Assembly: GCA_965637545.1 (NCBI GenBank)
Contig: OZ281496.1
Coordinates: 6,882,001 to 6,946,000 of the forward strand
Length of the DNA stretch: 64,000 nucleotides
Direction of reading: 5' to 3'
Origin: Phallusia mammillata
Taxonomy: Eukaryota
Of this stretch, positions 11,742 through 21,900 are shown piece after piece. Each line of letters begins with the position of its first letter. The first letter of the stretch is position 1. The notes below the pieces were generated by a model. The model had not been told where the DNA came from. It saw only the letters and a program-made list of their open reading frames with translations, and made no database searches. The translations under genes were made by a program, and so were the position numbers.

Positions 11742-14700
11742 ATGCCTGGATCAAATTCTAGCACATCCTCTCATGAGGATGTGGACGGAGTGCTTCAAGA
11801 AAAGTTGCATTCCTTGAAATCATCTCGGAGTGGGCATTTGGGTGCTGTTACCAAAGCCGAAAATATTGTTTGTAACTTGATGCTAGATGTTTCTAATATC
11901 AAGGAAGTACCAGCTGCAAAGGAAGCTTTTGATAGTGCACTGACAAAGTGCTTGGACTGTTGCAAGGAATACCATTCTGTGATTCCAGATTCACTCTACT
12001 CTCAGAAACAAGAGGCAGTGGACAAGATCAAGTCCCTGGAGGAAAAAGGGGACAACATAAATTCTATGTATCAAACATTTCTACAAAATGCTGCTGTGGA
12101 GTTGGGTTCTACTGGTGGGCATTCGAAAAGCTCACATCACTCAACTGGGTCAAGATTGTCCTCTAAATCCAGTTCACATCGTTCTAGTAGAACAAGCTCA
12201 AGATCTTCACACCACTCACACCATTCCAAGGCTCCTAGTTTGAAATCATTCCACTCTTCTTCTTCAATATCAAGCAGAAGCACTACATACTCAATGAGGG
12301 AGGTGCGGCGTGCTCAGCTAGAAAACAAGCTGACAGAGTCAGAGGCACAATTAACTCTCCAAGCATCAGCTGATGCTGTTAATGATGCACTGATGAAAGC
12401 TGAGGAGATAAAACGTAAGGCCAGAGAAGACGAGGAGGCCTTAAAGATGATGCTTGAAGATGAAAAGGAAGAAAATGCCCAGCGAAGAAGGGCAGAAGAA
12501 GAGGCAAATGCCATGCGTAAAAGGGCAGAAGAAGAGGCCATAGCCAAAAGAAGAAGAGAAGAAGCTGATGCAGAGAAAAGGGCGATTAGAAGAAAAATGG
12601 AACAGGCTGCAGCTCGACGGAAAAGAGAAGAGGAAAGGGCTGAAGCAATTTTAGCCAAGGCAAAAATGGAACATCGACAAAAATCTTACAATGCACAGTT
12701 GAAAGTGCAGCGCAAGAGGCATGAGGTTGACCTGGTTGTACTTGAGGCTGAACCAGTGGGATCCTGTGATTCTCGTCATGAATACAGGTTGGATATGCCC
12801 CCACTAAATCAGATAGATGACGCCACGGTGGGAAGCTCTGCTTGTCTACAGCAGTCTGCCCATGACCTAGCTCCGATGGACTGTCCAATGCCTGGTGAAA
12901 TGCATACCATTTCTGGTTTCACCCCTCTAGCCACAGCAAAGCTGCCACAGCCTGAATATCCTGTCGCTCATCCAGCAGAACAGCTAAATGTTTCTGCCGA
13001 TCCATACTTGCCTGTATGTACACAGACTGACATAAAGCAGGAGACTCACAGTCCTTCTATGGGGCCGGTCTCCAAGTACAAACCTCAGCCAGATGAGAGC
13101 TTCACCAAAGATGACTTTCACTATGGAAAGGCCATGGTGGACTTGGTGGAGAGTACGAAAACCATGCTGCATGGCTTTACACTGCCCAAAAGGGGGCTCC
13201 CAAAGTTCTATGGGAATCCAATGAATTACCACAACTTTATGAAGAAATTTGATGAGATGATCACAAGGCATTTTCCTGATCCTGCTGTACAACTTCAGTA
13301 CCTTGTAGACATGTGTGAAGACAAAGCCTATGATGTTGTCCATGGATGTTGTGCCACGAGCCCACCTGAATTGGGTCTTGCTACTGCTCGGGAGTTGCTG
13401 AGAGATAACTTCGGGCGCATGGACTTGGTGGTAAATGCACATGTCAAAGAGTTGACCAAGGGTCCACCAATTAGGACTGGGGACAATGAAGGTCTTCGTT
13501 CTCTTGCTACAAGTATGACAAATGCTTTAATGGTTTTTCGATCTTTGGGTTGTGAGTCACAGTTGGACTATTCCCAATTCCTAGTGGACATATTTCAGCA
13601 ACTACCCAAGCACATGCAAAATACATTTGTCACAGAGGCCAGTTCACTCTACCGAAGGAATGGAAATGTGACATTCAGCAATCTGACATCGTACCTCAAC
13701 CAGAAGGTGATGGATTCCAACAACATGTTTGCGGATGCATTGACAACAGTTAAGGAAAGGGATCCAAAGAAGGACAAGCCCCAGAAGAAGAAAGAACATG
13801 CTGTGTTCTCTGCACAAACTACTTTGGGCTCCACATCATGTGAACATGTTGACAAACCTAAACCTCCAGATCAAACAAGGAAGAAGAAGCCACAACCATG
13901 TGTGGTTTGTAACAAACCTCATCCATTATGGGTATGTGATGAGTTCCAGAAAAAGAAACAGTTTGACCGTTGGACAACAGTCAAGAATAACAACTTATGC
14001 TTCAACTGCTTTTCACCAGACCACATGGCAAATGAGTGTGTCTGCTCCAGAAAGTGCAAGTCTTGTGAAAAACCACATCATACTCTACTTCATCGTGATG
14101 AACAGCGAAATATAGAAAAAACATCCACATCGACTGAGGAAAAGAAGAATGCTGAAAGTCCCAAGGAAAGCTCAACGACATATGTAGCCACTGTTACTAC
14201 ACCCCCTGCAGGAAGGGACAGGGTTAGACTCAAGGTGGTGCCAGTACATGTGTGGGGAAGGGATCTGAATCGTGTAGTGGAGACATATGCATTTCTGGAT
14301 GAGGGATCTGACACCACATTCTGCACGTCAAATCTGAAACAGAGACTCAAGCTTGAAGGAAAACAAGTTTCCAGAAGACTTAATGGCATAAGTGGCAGTA
14401 AGGATCTGCAGGGATACGAGGTCGGACTGTCCCTACAGGGGATTCAAGAAACAGATTCAATCCGTATTGAGAATGTACTGACGGTGGATGCTCTACCAAC
14501 ACTGAAGAACAGTATACCTACAATGGAAGATGTAAAGCATTATTCTCATCTGAGGGGATTGGACTTTCCAAAGTTACCTGATGCAGAAGTGGATATTCTC
14601 ATTGGGGCCGGTACGCAGGAAGCCCATTCTATCAGGGAAGTGCGAACCGGGAAGCCAAGACAGCCAACAGCTATTCACACTGGACTTGGGTGGACCTTAG

Positions 14701-17700
14701 TTGGCACTGATGCATCAGATGCATCAGAGGACAGTTGCAATGTTAACTTCGCCACAATTGGCAATAATGAACTACATGACATGTTCCAGAAGATGTATAA
14801 TCATGACTTTATGGATGACAAGTGTTCAAATGATGTCTCTCTATCTATGGAGGACAAAAGGGCACTCGCCATGATGAATTCGACTGTGCAAAGGAAAGGC
14901 AAGCATTATCAGCTTGCGCTACCATGGAAGAATAAAAATGTAAAGCTACCTTATAACCGTGGAACAGCCGAGAAACGCCTTCTTGGTTTAAAGAGACGAT
15001 TAAAGACAGATCAGTCACTGTTCCAGAAGTACAGTGAAAAGATTAATGACTCGCTGAAGAATGGTCATGCCAGGAAAGTACCAGATGGAAAGGATCCACA
15101 CCCGGGAAAGACTTGGTACATTCCACATCACTGCTGCACTGGTGGAAAGTTTCGGGTTGTGTTTGACTGCGCTGCCAAGTATGCAGGCACATCCCTCAAT
15201 GAAAATCTCTTACAAGGACCTGATTTGACCAACAACCTTGTTGGTGTTCTTCTTCGTTTTCGCCAGGAGAAGATTGCATTGATGGCTGACATTAAAGGAA
15301 TGTTCCATCAGGTTTTTGTGGACCCAGATGACTGTGATGCTCTGAGGTTTTTGTGGTGGCCAAATGATGACTTGTCCAAGCCACCTGAGGATTACCAGAT
15401 GCTGGTGCATCTTTTTGGGGCAACTTCTTCTCCAAGTTGTGCCAGCTTTGCATTGAGAAAGGTTGCTGAGGATAATGAGAGCAATGCAACAAAGGAAACA
15501 ACGGATACTGTCCTGCGGAATTTTTATGTAGATGATTGCCTGAAGTCGGTCAAGACTTTAGAGGAAGGTTCCCAGCTAGTCAAGGAACTGGATGAGCTAC
15601 TTAAGTGTGGAGGATTTCACCTTACCAAGTACCTGAGTAACAGCAAAGAACTGTTAATGTCTATTAATGAAGATAACCTTGCTCCATCAGTGAAAGACAT
15701 GGACTTGGATGGATTGCCAATCGAGAGAGCTTTGGGAGTGTACTGGAACACTGGTACGGACTGCTTCGAGGTCAAAGTGAAGTTGAAACCAAAGCCCTGC
15801 ACAAGACGTGGAATTCTGTCAACAATAAGTCAGTTGTTTGACCCCATGGGGTTTGTGCAACCCTTTATCTTGCCAATCAAAAAGCTTATGCAAGAATTAT
15901 GCAAAAGAAACATAGGATGGGATGAAGCTATTCCCACCGAGTTTGAGGTTGCCTGGAAAAAGTGGCTGGGCAATTTATCACTGCTGGAATCAATTACTAT
16001 TCCTAGATGCTTTAAAACAATGGACTACATAAGTGCTGAGCTCCATTGCTTTTGTGATGCAAGCGAAACTGGTTATGGAGCTGTTTGCTACCTTCGCCTG
16101 GTAACTGGTGGTTCCTACCACTGCTCATTTGTGATGGGAAAGTCCAGAGTTTCCCCTTCAAAGGCAGTTACCATTCCCCGGCTTGAACTCACTGCTGCAG
16201 TGGTTGGTGTTAAACTAGCGCAGTTTGTGATTCGTGAGTTGGATCTTGAGTTGGAAAAGGTTGTGTACTGGACAGACTCCACTTCTGTGCTTCAGTACAT
16301 CAGAAATACATCACGCCGCTTTCCGACGTTTGTTGCCAATAGGCTGGCTGTGATTCAAGCAGCCACAGAACCAGAACAGTGGAGACATGTGGATACAAAG
16401 CAAAATCCTGCAGACATTGCATCTAGGGGTTTTTATCCTGACCAGGTGGACAAGGCAAAGGCATGGTTATCCGGTCCATCATTTTTGTGGAAAGAAGAAA
16501 GTTGCTGGCCAGAACAGCCAGCTGTGTTACAATTGCCAGAAGACCATGAAGATGTTGAAGCCAACACAATTGTAGTAGAAATTGTGCAAAATGGTTTGGA
16601 CAACTTGCTAGACAGATACTCTTCATACAATGCTTTACTCAAGGCCACTGGTTGGTTGTTGCGGTTCAAGCAGTACATGATGTGTAAGTTTTCAGAGAAA
16701 TTACGCAAACCTGCACCCAAGGCAGGTCTGCTGACGGCAGAGGAAATGGAAACAGCTGTCCATCAAGTGGTGAAGCTGGTTCAGCATCAAGCATTCGGAT
16801 CTATGTCATCGGATCTTAAGGAATACCAGAGCTTTTCCCACTACTTGGAATCTCAGCATTCGAATGGATTACATATTCGAAACCGGGCTCTTGGTAGACT
16901 TAGCCCTATGAAAATAAATGGCACTATGAGAGTGGGAGGTCGCCTACAACATGCAACTCTGCCGGAGGACATGAAGCACCCTATGATCTTGCCTAGTCGT
17001 CACCATGTTACTGGGCTGATTATACATCATTACCATCAGCGAGAAGGACATAGTGGAACTCAACACGTTCTAGCAGCCACCCGTGAGAGGTACTGGATTC
17101 TCAAAGGCCAATCATCTGTTCGTCACTACTTGAAGGACTGCAGAAAATGTCGTTTTTGGAAAGCACAAGCTGGTAGGCAGTTGATGGCACCCTTGCCGGT
17201 TTGTCGTGTTGAGTCTGGACAGTTACCCTTTACTCATGCAGGGGTTGACTACTTTGGCCCTCTAATGGTAAAAATTGGACGCAGTCATGTGAAACGATAT
17301 GGCTGCATTTTTACTTGTATGGCTACAAGGGCTGTACATTTAGAGCTAGCTGGCTCACTGGACACTAGTTCATTCATACAGGCACTTCGTAGATTTGTGC
17401 TGAGAAGAGGATCTACCACTAAACACATATATAGTGACAATGGAACCAACTTCATTGGAGCTGACAGAGCACTCCGCGAAGGGATTAAAGCATGGAATCA
17501 ACAACAGATACATACAGAGCTACTACAAAAAGGAATTGAATGGCATTTCAATCCCCCAGCTGCCAGCCACCAAGGTGGTGTATGGGAGAGAATGATTCGC
17601 TCTGTGCGAAAAATTTTGCAGTCACTGACTGGAGACAAGATATTGTCTGAGGAATCTTTGAACACCTTCCTGATAGAAGTGGAATCGATCTTAAACAACA

Positions 17701-18119
17701 GACCACTGACACCTGTCAGTGATGATCCAAAGGATGGGTCTGCTTTGAAGCCCATTACTTTGTTAGCTGGTGGAATTGAAGCTACATTGCCACCTGGAGA
17801 ATTCATCAAAGCAGATGGCTACAAGAAATCCTGGCGGGCAGTCCAATGGTTGAGCGACCAGTTTTGGAAGCGCTGGGTGAAGGACTATTTGCCACTTCTG
17901 CAAAAACGCCAGAAGTGGTTGCAACCTGAGAAGAACTTTGAAGTTGGAGATGTTGTGTTGGTAATGGATGCCAATACAAAACGAGGAGTATGGCCCAAAG
18001 GACTGGTCGAGGAGGTCTTTCCAGATCATGACGGGATGGTGCGGAGAGTTCGAGTCAGAACTTATGACTCAACTTTGATGAGGGACATTCGAAAGCTGTG
18101 TTTACTTGAATGTGGCTAA
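11742..18119 (+). CDS. Bel/Pao Gag-Pol polyprotein, 2125 aa (Gag with Zn knuckles, aspartic protease, RT, RNase H, integrase)
   Basis: CFNCFSPDHMANEC...CEKPHHTLLH; AFLDEGSDTT; DIKGMFHQV and YVDD; FCDASETGYGAV, WTDS, NPADIASRG; H-H/C-C zinc motif, GVDYFGP, SDNGTNF, GGVWER; C-terminal VGDVVLV...WPKGLV. Order PR-RT-RH-IN. Confidence 0.97.
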   Translation: MPGSNSSTSSHEDVDGVLQEKLHSLKSSRSGHLGAVTKAENIVCNLMLDVSNIKEVPAAKEAFDSALTKCLDCCKEYHSVIPDSLYSQKQEAVDKIKSLEEKGDNINSMYQTFLQNAAVELGSTGGHSKSSHHSTGSRLSSKSSSHRSSRTSSRSSHHSHHSKAPSLKSFHSSSSISSRSTTYSMREVRRAQLENKLTESEAQLTLQASADAVNDALMKAEEIKRKAREDEEALKMMLEDEKEENAQRRRAEEEANAMRKRAEEEAIAKRRREEADAEKRAIRRKMEQAAARRKREEERAEAILAKAKMEHRQKSYNAQLKVQRKRHEVDLVVLEAEPVGSCDSRHEYRLDMPPLNQIDDATVGSSACLQQSAHDLAPMDCPMPGEMHTISGFTPLATAKLPQPEYPVAHPAEQLNVSADPYLPVCTQTDIKQETHSPSMGPVSKYKPQPDESFTKDDFHYGKAMVDLVESTKTMLHGFTLPKRGLPKFYGNPMNYHNFMKKFDEMITRHFPDPAVQLQYLVDMCEDKAYDVVHGCCATSPPELGLATARELLRDNFGRMDLVVNAHVKELTKGPPIRTGDNEGLRSLATSMTNALMVFRSLGCESQLDYSQFLVDIFQQLPKHMQNTFVTEASSLYRRNGNVTFSNLTSYLNQKVMDSNNMFADALTTVKERDPKKDKPQKKKEHAVFSAQTTLGSTSCEHVDKPKPPDQTRKKKPQPCVVCNKPHPLWVCDEFQKKKQFDRWTTVKNNNLCFNCFSPDHMANECVCSRKCKSCEKPHHTLLHRDEQRNIEKTSTSTEEKKNAESPKESSTTYVATVTTPPAGRDRVRLKVVPVHVWGRDLNRVVETYAFLDEGSDTTFCTSNLKQRLKLEGKQVSRRLNGISGSKDLQGYEVGLSLQGIQETDSIRIENVLTVDALPTLKNSIPTMEDVKHYSHLRGLDFPKLPDAEVDILIGAGTQEAHSIREVRTGKPRQPTAIHTGLGWTLVGTDASDASEDSCNVNFATIGNNELHDMFQKMYNHDFMDDKCSNDVSLSMEDKRALAMMNSTVQRKGKHYQLALPWKNKNVKLPYNRGTAEKRLLGLKRRLKTDQSLFQKYSEKINDSLKNGHARKVPDGKDPHPGKTWYIPHHCCTGGKFRVVFDCAAKYAGTSLNENLLQGPDLTNNLVGVLLRFRQEKIALMADIKGMFHQVFVDPDDCDALRFLWWPNDDLSKPPEDYQMLVHLFGATSSPSCASFALRKVAEDNESNATKETTDTVLRNFYVDDCLKSVKTLEEGSQLVKELDELLKCGGFHLTKYLSNSKELLMSINEDNLAPSVKDMDLDGLPIERALGVYWNTGTDCFEVKVKLKPKPCTRRGILSTISQLFDPMGFVQPFILPIKKLMQELCKRNIGWDEAIPTEFEVAWKKWLGNLSLLESITIPRCFKTMDYISAELHCFCDASETGYGAVCYLRLVTGGSYHCSFVMGKSRVSPSKAVTIPRLELTAAVVGVKLAQFVIRELDLELEKVVYWTDSTSVLQYIRNTSRRFPTFVANRLAVIQAATEPEQWRHVDTKQNPADIASRGFYPDQVDKAKAWLSGPSFLWKEESCWPEQPAVLQLPEDHEDVEANTIVVEIVQNGLDNLLDRYSSYNALLKATGWLLRFKQYMMCKFSEKLRKPAPKAGLLTAEEMETAVHQVVKLVQHQAFGSMSSDLKEYQSFSHYLESQHSNGLHIRNRALGRLSPMKINGTMRVGGRLQHATLPEDMKHPMILPSRHHVTGLIIHHYHQREGHSGTQHVLAATRERYWILKGQSSVRHYLKDCRKCRFWKAQAGRQLMAPLPVCRVESGQLPFTHAGVDYFGPLMVKIGRSHVKRYGCIFTCMATRAVHLELAGSLDTSSFIQALRRFVLRRGSTTKHIYSDNGTNFIGADRALREGIKAWNQQQIHTELLQKGIEWHFNPPAASHQGGVWERMIRSVRKILQSLTGDKILSEESLNTFLIEVESILNNRPLTPVSDDPKDGSALKPITLLAGGIEATLPPGEFIKADGYKKSWRAVQWLSDQFWKRWVKDYLPLLQKRQKWLQPEKNFEVGDVVLVMDANTKRGVWPKGLVEEVFPDHDGMVRRVRVRTYDSTLMRDIRKLCLLECG

Positions 18120-18718
18120 ATTTCTACTTTCTGTGCATGCTCTTTCATATTTGTAACCTTTTCATTCTTCATTACACCAACATATATGCCTCTTCACATG
18201 TCATTCTTGCTAAGTCTGTACTACCTATATGTCTTTCATCTTGCCTTATAGCCTTATCATGCATGTTAGTGTTGTGTAGTGTGTTCTTCATAAATTGTAA
18301 ACATTCCGAATACCTCTTCAACTAAACATTGTAATGTCTGTACTGATAACAACCAAGTATTGTGAAAGTGTTTTGTTTTCTAAGCCTTTCTGTGTTTTTT
18401 ACCTTGCCAAAATCTGTCATTGTTTTTTACCTCCTAGAACAATATTTGGTGCAAAATTTGTAGTTAATTGTGAAGCATTTGAAACTGTGCATTTGATACT
18501 ATTCTTGTCAGTATGTAACATATTCACTCAGTCATAGTTGTGTCTTTGTTTTGTTTTTAAGCCCAGGATGGAAATGTTTGTGTGGGTACTTTGGTTTGGG
18601 TCAGTTACCAAATTTGTAATCACAGCTCTCTCTGTGACCAACCTTCCTGTGCCTTGTTCTTTGTCCGTTTTTGTTTTGAAAAATGTTTCCATGCTGTCTG
18701 ACATTTTTGGGGCCGGAA

Positions 18719-19437
18719 TGTTACGGACAAATTCACAATATTTAAATGTGATTTTTATGCTTTCTTTCCCAAGTGCAACCATGCTTAACGTCTATTCCCA
18801 AGTGCATTGTTCTTTGTTAGTTTTGGGCCAATCCTAACTTTTATATGCGGTCATGTGACTAAAACGTGCTTGGACTTAGCCACACCTTGTTCTAAAAGTG
18901 CAGTTTGTATGTTTTAGTGCAGTAATCTGTTAGAATCGACTTAGTTTAAATGTTTGTGTGTTAACCAAATGTCAGCAAGTTTACAAGTATGTTAATGTAT
19001 AGCCATGTGAAGTGTTTCTAGTAACTTTTCGTTTGTTATTGTTGTTTGAATGTTTAGACGATAAAGCCAACACCATAATGTCAAACACCTAGGTACTGTG
19101 AACTTCAGAAATCTCAACTGCTCAAGTGCTTAACTGCTCAACTGCTCAACTGCTCAACTGTCTCAATTTCCTCTATTCTGTATAGTCTTGACATCCACTG
19201 TGGCGCAATTCAGCTGTTTTGGATCTTGGATACGAACTGTATTTGTTGTCATTCGTGCACTGTTCTTGCACCTTCATCGCCATAATATAACACTGAAAAC
19301 CACAGTTTGTGCAGTCTAGAGGGCAGTTGTGAATTACTGACTCATTGTACCTGATGATGGTACCAACGAAGGCATTAGCCTAGGTTTGCCTAAAGTGAGC
19401 TTAGGCCGTGACTAGTCCTAAAATTTTGGACGTCACA
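18719..19437 (+). repeat. 3' LTR (719 bp)
   Basis: By eye identical to the 5' LTR except three rather than four AACTGCTC units. Confidence 0.97.
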
Positions 19438-19654
19438 ATTGGGGAGCGTTACTGTCCGTTACAACTGTAATTTGACGCAGTAAGCATATAGGGGGAATTA
19501 CGGCAGACTGTGGCCGCGGGCCACATTATCATGTAAGACCTGAAGCTGAAACTGTCTGCGGGCCGCTCAAAATCCCGTCGCGGGCCGGATCCGGCCCGCG
19601 GGCCGTATGTTGCCCGTCCCTGATCTAGAGGGTATTTTGGGTGCGACAGCATCT

Positions 19655-20138
19655 GACAGTTGCGCTGGTGGTGGCTTGTATACGTTCACGATGTAATTAC
19701 CACGGACGTTGGTGCAGAGCCATTCGATCTCCGATGGTGTTGTAGATTGACCTTTAGGCGTCCAGCTCAGGTTTTCTCGTACGAACGTGGCAAGGCCGTG
19801 TGTTCTGCTCGGGATAAAGTTTGGGAGTGTTAGCTTGTCTGATGTTGTCCGATGTGTTTCCTGGAGCAGGATTATCGAGACTTTGTTGTTATTAGCAAGC
19901 TGCTCGACGATGTTAAGCTTGCATGAAGCGAGTCCTTCCACATTTAGCTGCATGATGTTAAACCCAAGGCTATTGCTACAAGGGCTTTGTCCTGGGCTTG
20001 ACACCTGGCTGTTTTGTGGACGGTTCTTCGTGGAATTTGGACGGTGGTCCTTATGACTGCATCTGTTCGGCATCAGAGATCGTCTTTATGCAGAGAACTT
20101 AATGCCTTAACAGGAGGGGCCGCGTGCAGGCTGCTGTA
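19655..20138 (-). mobile_element. 5' fragment of an I-group (Ingi/Vingi-like) LINE: 5' UTR plus truncated AP endonuclease
   Basis: IMQLNVEGL...IILLQETH...HGLATFV...VNVYKPP are APE motifs. The clade assignment is from memory of motif style. Confidence 0.8.
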
Positions 20139-20829
20139 AAAATGGCTATTTTACCTAAACAATCTTAAACCATATCAAACTGATATTCAATCTTTTGATA
20201 TAAGTTTGAGTTTAGTGCAAGGCAGTGTTACCAATTATTTGTTAAATTTAGTTTGGTGTTTTGGCAATATTCGCAAACACCTCATTTCCAACCTTGCATT
20301 GGTTAAACAGTCTTTAATTTCGAACCCTGCGTTGCTATCGAGCGCAGAATTTAATTGCACTAAATATGTGTGACGTAATAATAGAACAGGAAGGCTGGAT
20401 TGGCGCCGATCGTTGACGTCAGATGCTTGCTGCATAGCTGAACAAATTGCCTGTTGCTGCCATCCTTATTAATCAGTGTTTAGAAAGCGAAATTATTGTT
20501 CCAAATTAAAGACTAACGCTCAACACTGAACATCTTTTTTAAGGTTTGCTCGGTCACTCGAGTGACCGCCATACACACTTCTAATCATATTGTATGTAAA
20601 CCTGATGCCACAAAACAAACGGACAGACCGACGTAGCCTGTGTAATCTCCCATATCAGTTTATAATGTTACAGTTTGTGGTAATATTTAGCATGACTCGT
20701 AAGTAGCAGAAAAAGTTAGTACTTACGAAAGCAAGTGTAACTCAAACATAAGATAAAACTCAAGTTTATTAAAAATACAAGGTTACAAGGTTTTTGACAG
20801 TTATTTGTGTTAAAACGGTTCTTTTGATC

Positions 20830-21900
20830 AATAAATCATCTGCAAAGTCATTACTACCCACATTATGTATAGTTTCCAAACTTTTTTATTAAAATGCTCC
20901 AACCAAACTGATCCTCTTCAACTATTTTGTTAAAAATAAGTGAAAATAAACAAAAAAGCACTTAAGTGTCAAATTGAGTAGAATTAGGGAATTACCTTAC
21001 CCTACAGGATGAAAGCTAAAATGTGTGGCATTTAGTTTGTTTTTTGATCATTCTACTAAACCCCATGTACTGTTTGGTCAAACAATGACCGTAACTCTAC
21101 GTTTACACTTGTATTACAGGCTTACTGTGACATGAAAGCTGCTGGTGGTGGACGCATTCTCGCGGCCCCCATCAACGTTTTCTGGGTGAAAAAAAAAACT
21201 TTGCTGTAATTTACAGTAACTTGTAGTTTCTAACGACGCATGACAAATTAATCTTTGGTAAACTAAAATGTTTTGTTTAAGTTCGCAAAATGTATGCTTG
21301 CTTAGTTTTCCAGGTAACCAAAACTAGAACATTTGCTACATGCGCAAGATCAGAAAAGTCACGGTTATTTCGAATACAAGGCAAATGATTTTCTGAAAAA
21401 TGTACATTTCACAAATGGGCGGTTTAGTGAGGCAAATACATTATGTCATGTCATTTTAAAACAAACATCACTAGAGACCAGCAGAGAGCAGCGTTTTCTG
21501 TAATATCAAACTGTAAACGGATTTATGCAATATGAAAGAATTTTTTAATCACTATTTTTTTAGAGGTAAAAAGTCAATTAATAATAATAAAAACTTCTTC
21601 AAAAACTCATAAGCTAACCTGCATTACGAGTAACGACGTTTTCCGTGCTATTAATGAGAGATTGAGCATTGTGAGTTTTGCAAAGTGAGGCATATTCGTA
21701 ATTTCTTTTTGAATTTGTCAGCGTTTATCCTGTTGATAATTCGATGTTGGATTGCTGCAAAATCTACAGAAATTATAAATGTAAATACTGATTTCTATTA
21801 TTATCAATTTGGTTATTACCCTAAAGAGCTGCATGACACCCTGATGAGCTGCATGAGTAAATTGTTTGATGAAAAATATAGAATGAGGGTAGATTATTTA
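20830..21900 (+). pseudogene. Intelectin-like exon remnants in copy A, plus the unassigned VYP exon
   Basis: cag/AYCDMKAAGGGRILAAPIN (~21120); QDQKSHGYFEYKANDFLKNVHFTN (~21343); TSLETSREQRFL*YQTVNGF (~21465). Stops and frameshifts are present. Confidence 0.7.

Larger units (their letters stand above)
10931..19437 (+). mobile_element. Full-length Bel/Pao LTR retrotransposon
   Basis: TG...CA LTRs at 10931-11657 and 18719-19437; 5-bp TSD ATTGG (10926-10930, 19438-19442); purine-rich GGGGCCGGAA before the 3' LTR; intact polyprotein. Confidence 0.97.
10556..19622. mobile_element. hAT (Charlie-type) MITE of ~555 bp, split by the LTR retrotransposon
   Basis: Perfect 14-bp TIR CAGGGACGGGCAAC...GTTGCCCGTCCCTG; perfect TSD ATCTAGAG (10548-10555, 19623-19630), matching the NTCTAGAN preference of Charlie elements. 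Confidence 0.93.

Noticed and set aside
11948-18029. Many short ORFs overlapping the retrotransposon polyprotein
   Set aside because: Shadow frames of a long coding region; no independent motifs.
18120-18718. env-like gene in the 600-bp region before the 3' LTR
   Set aside because: Only short, low-complexity ORFs; too short and no envelope features.
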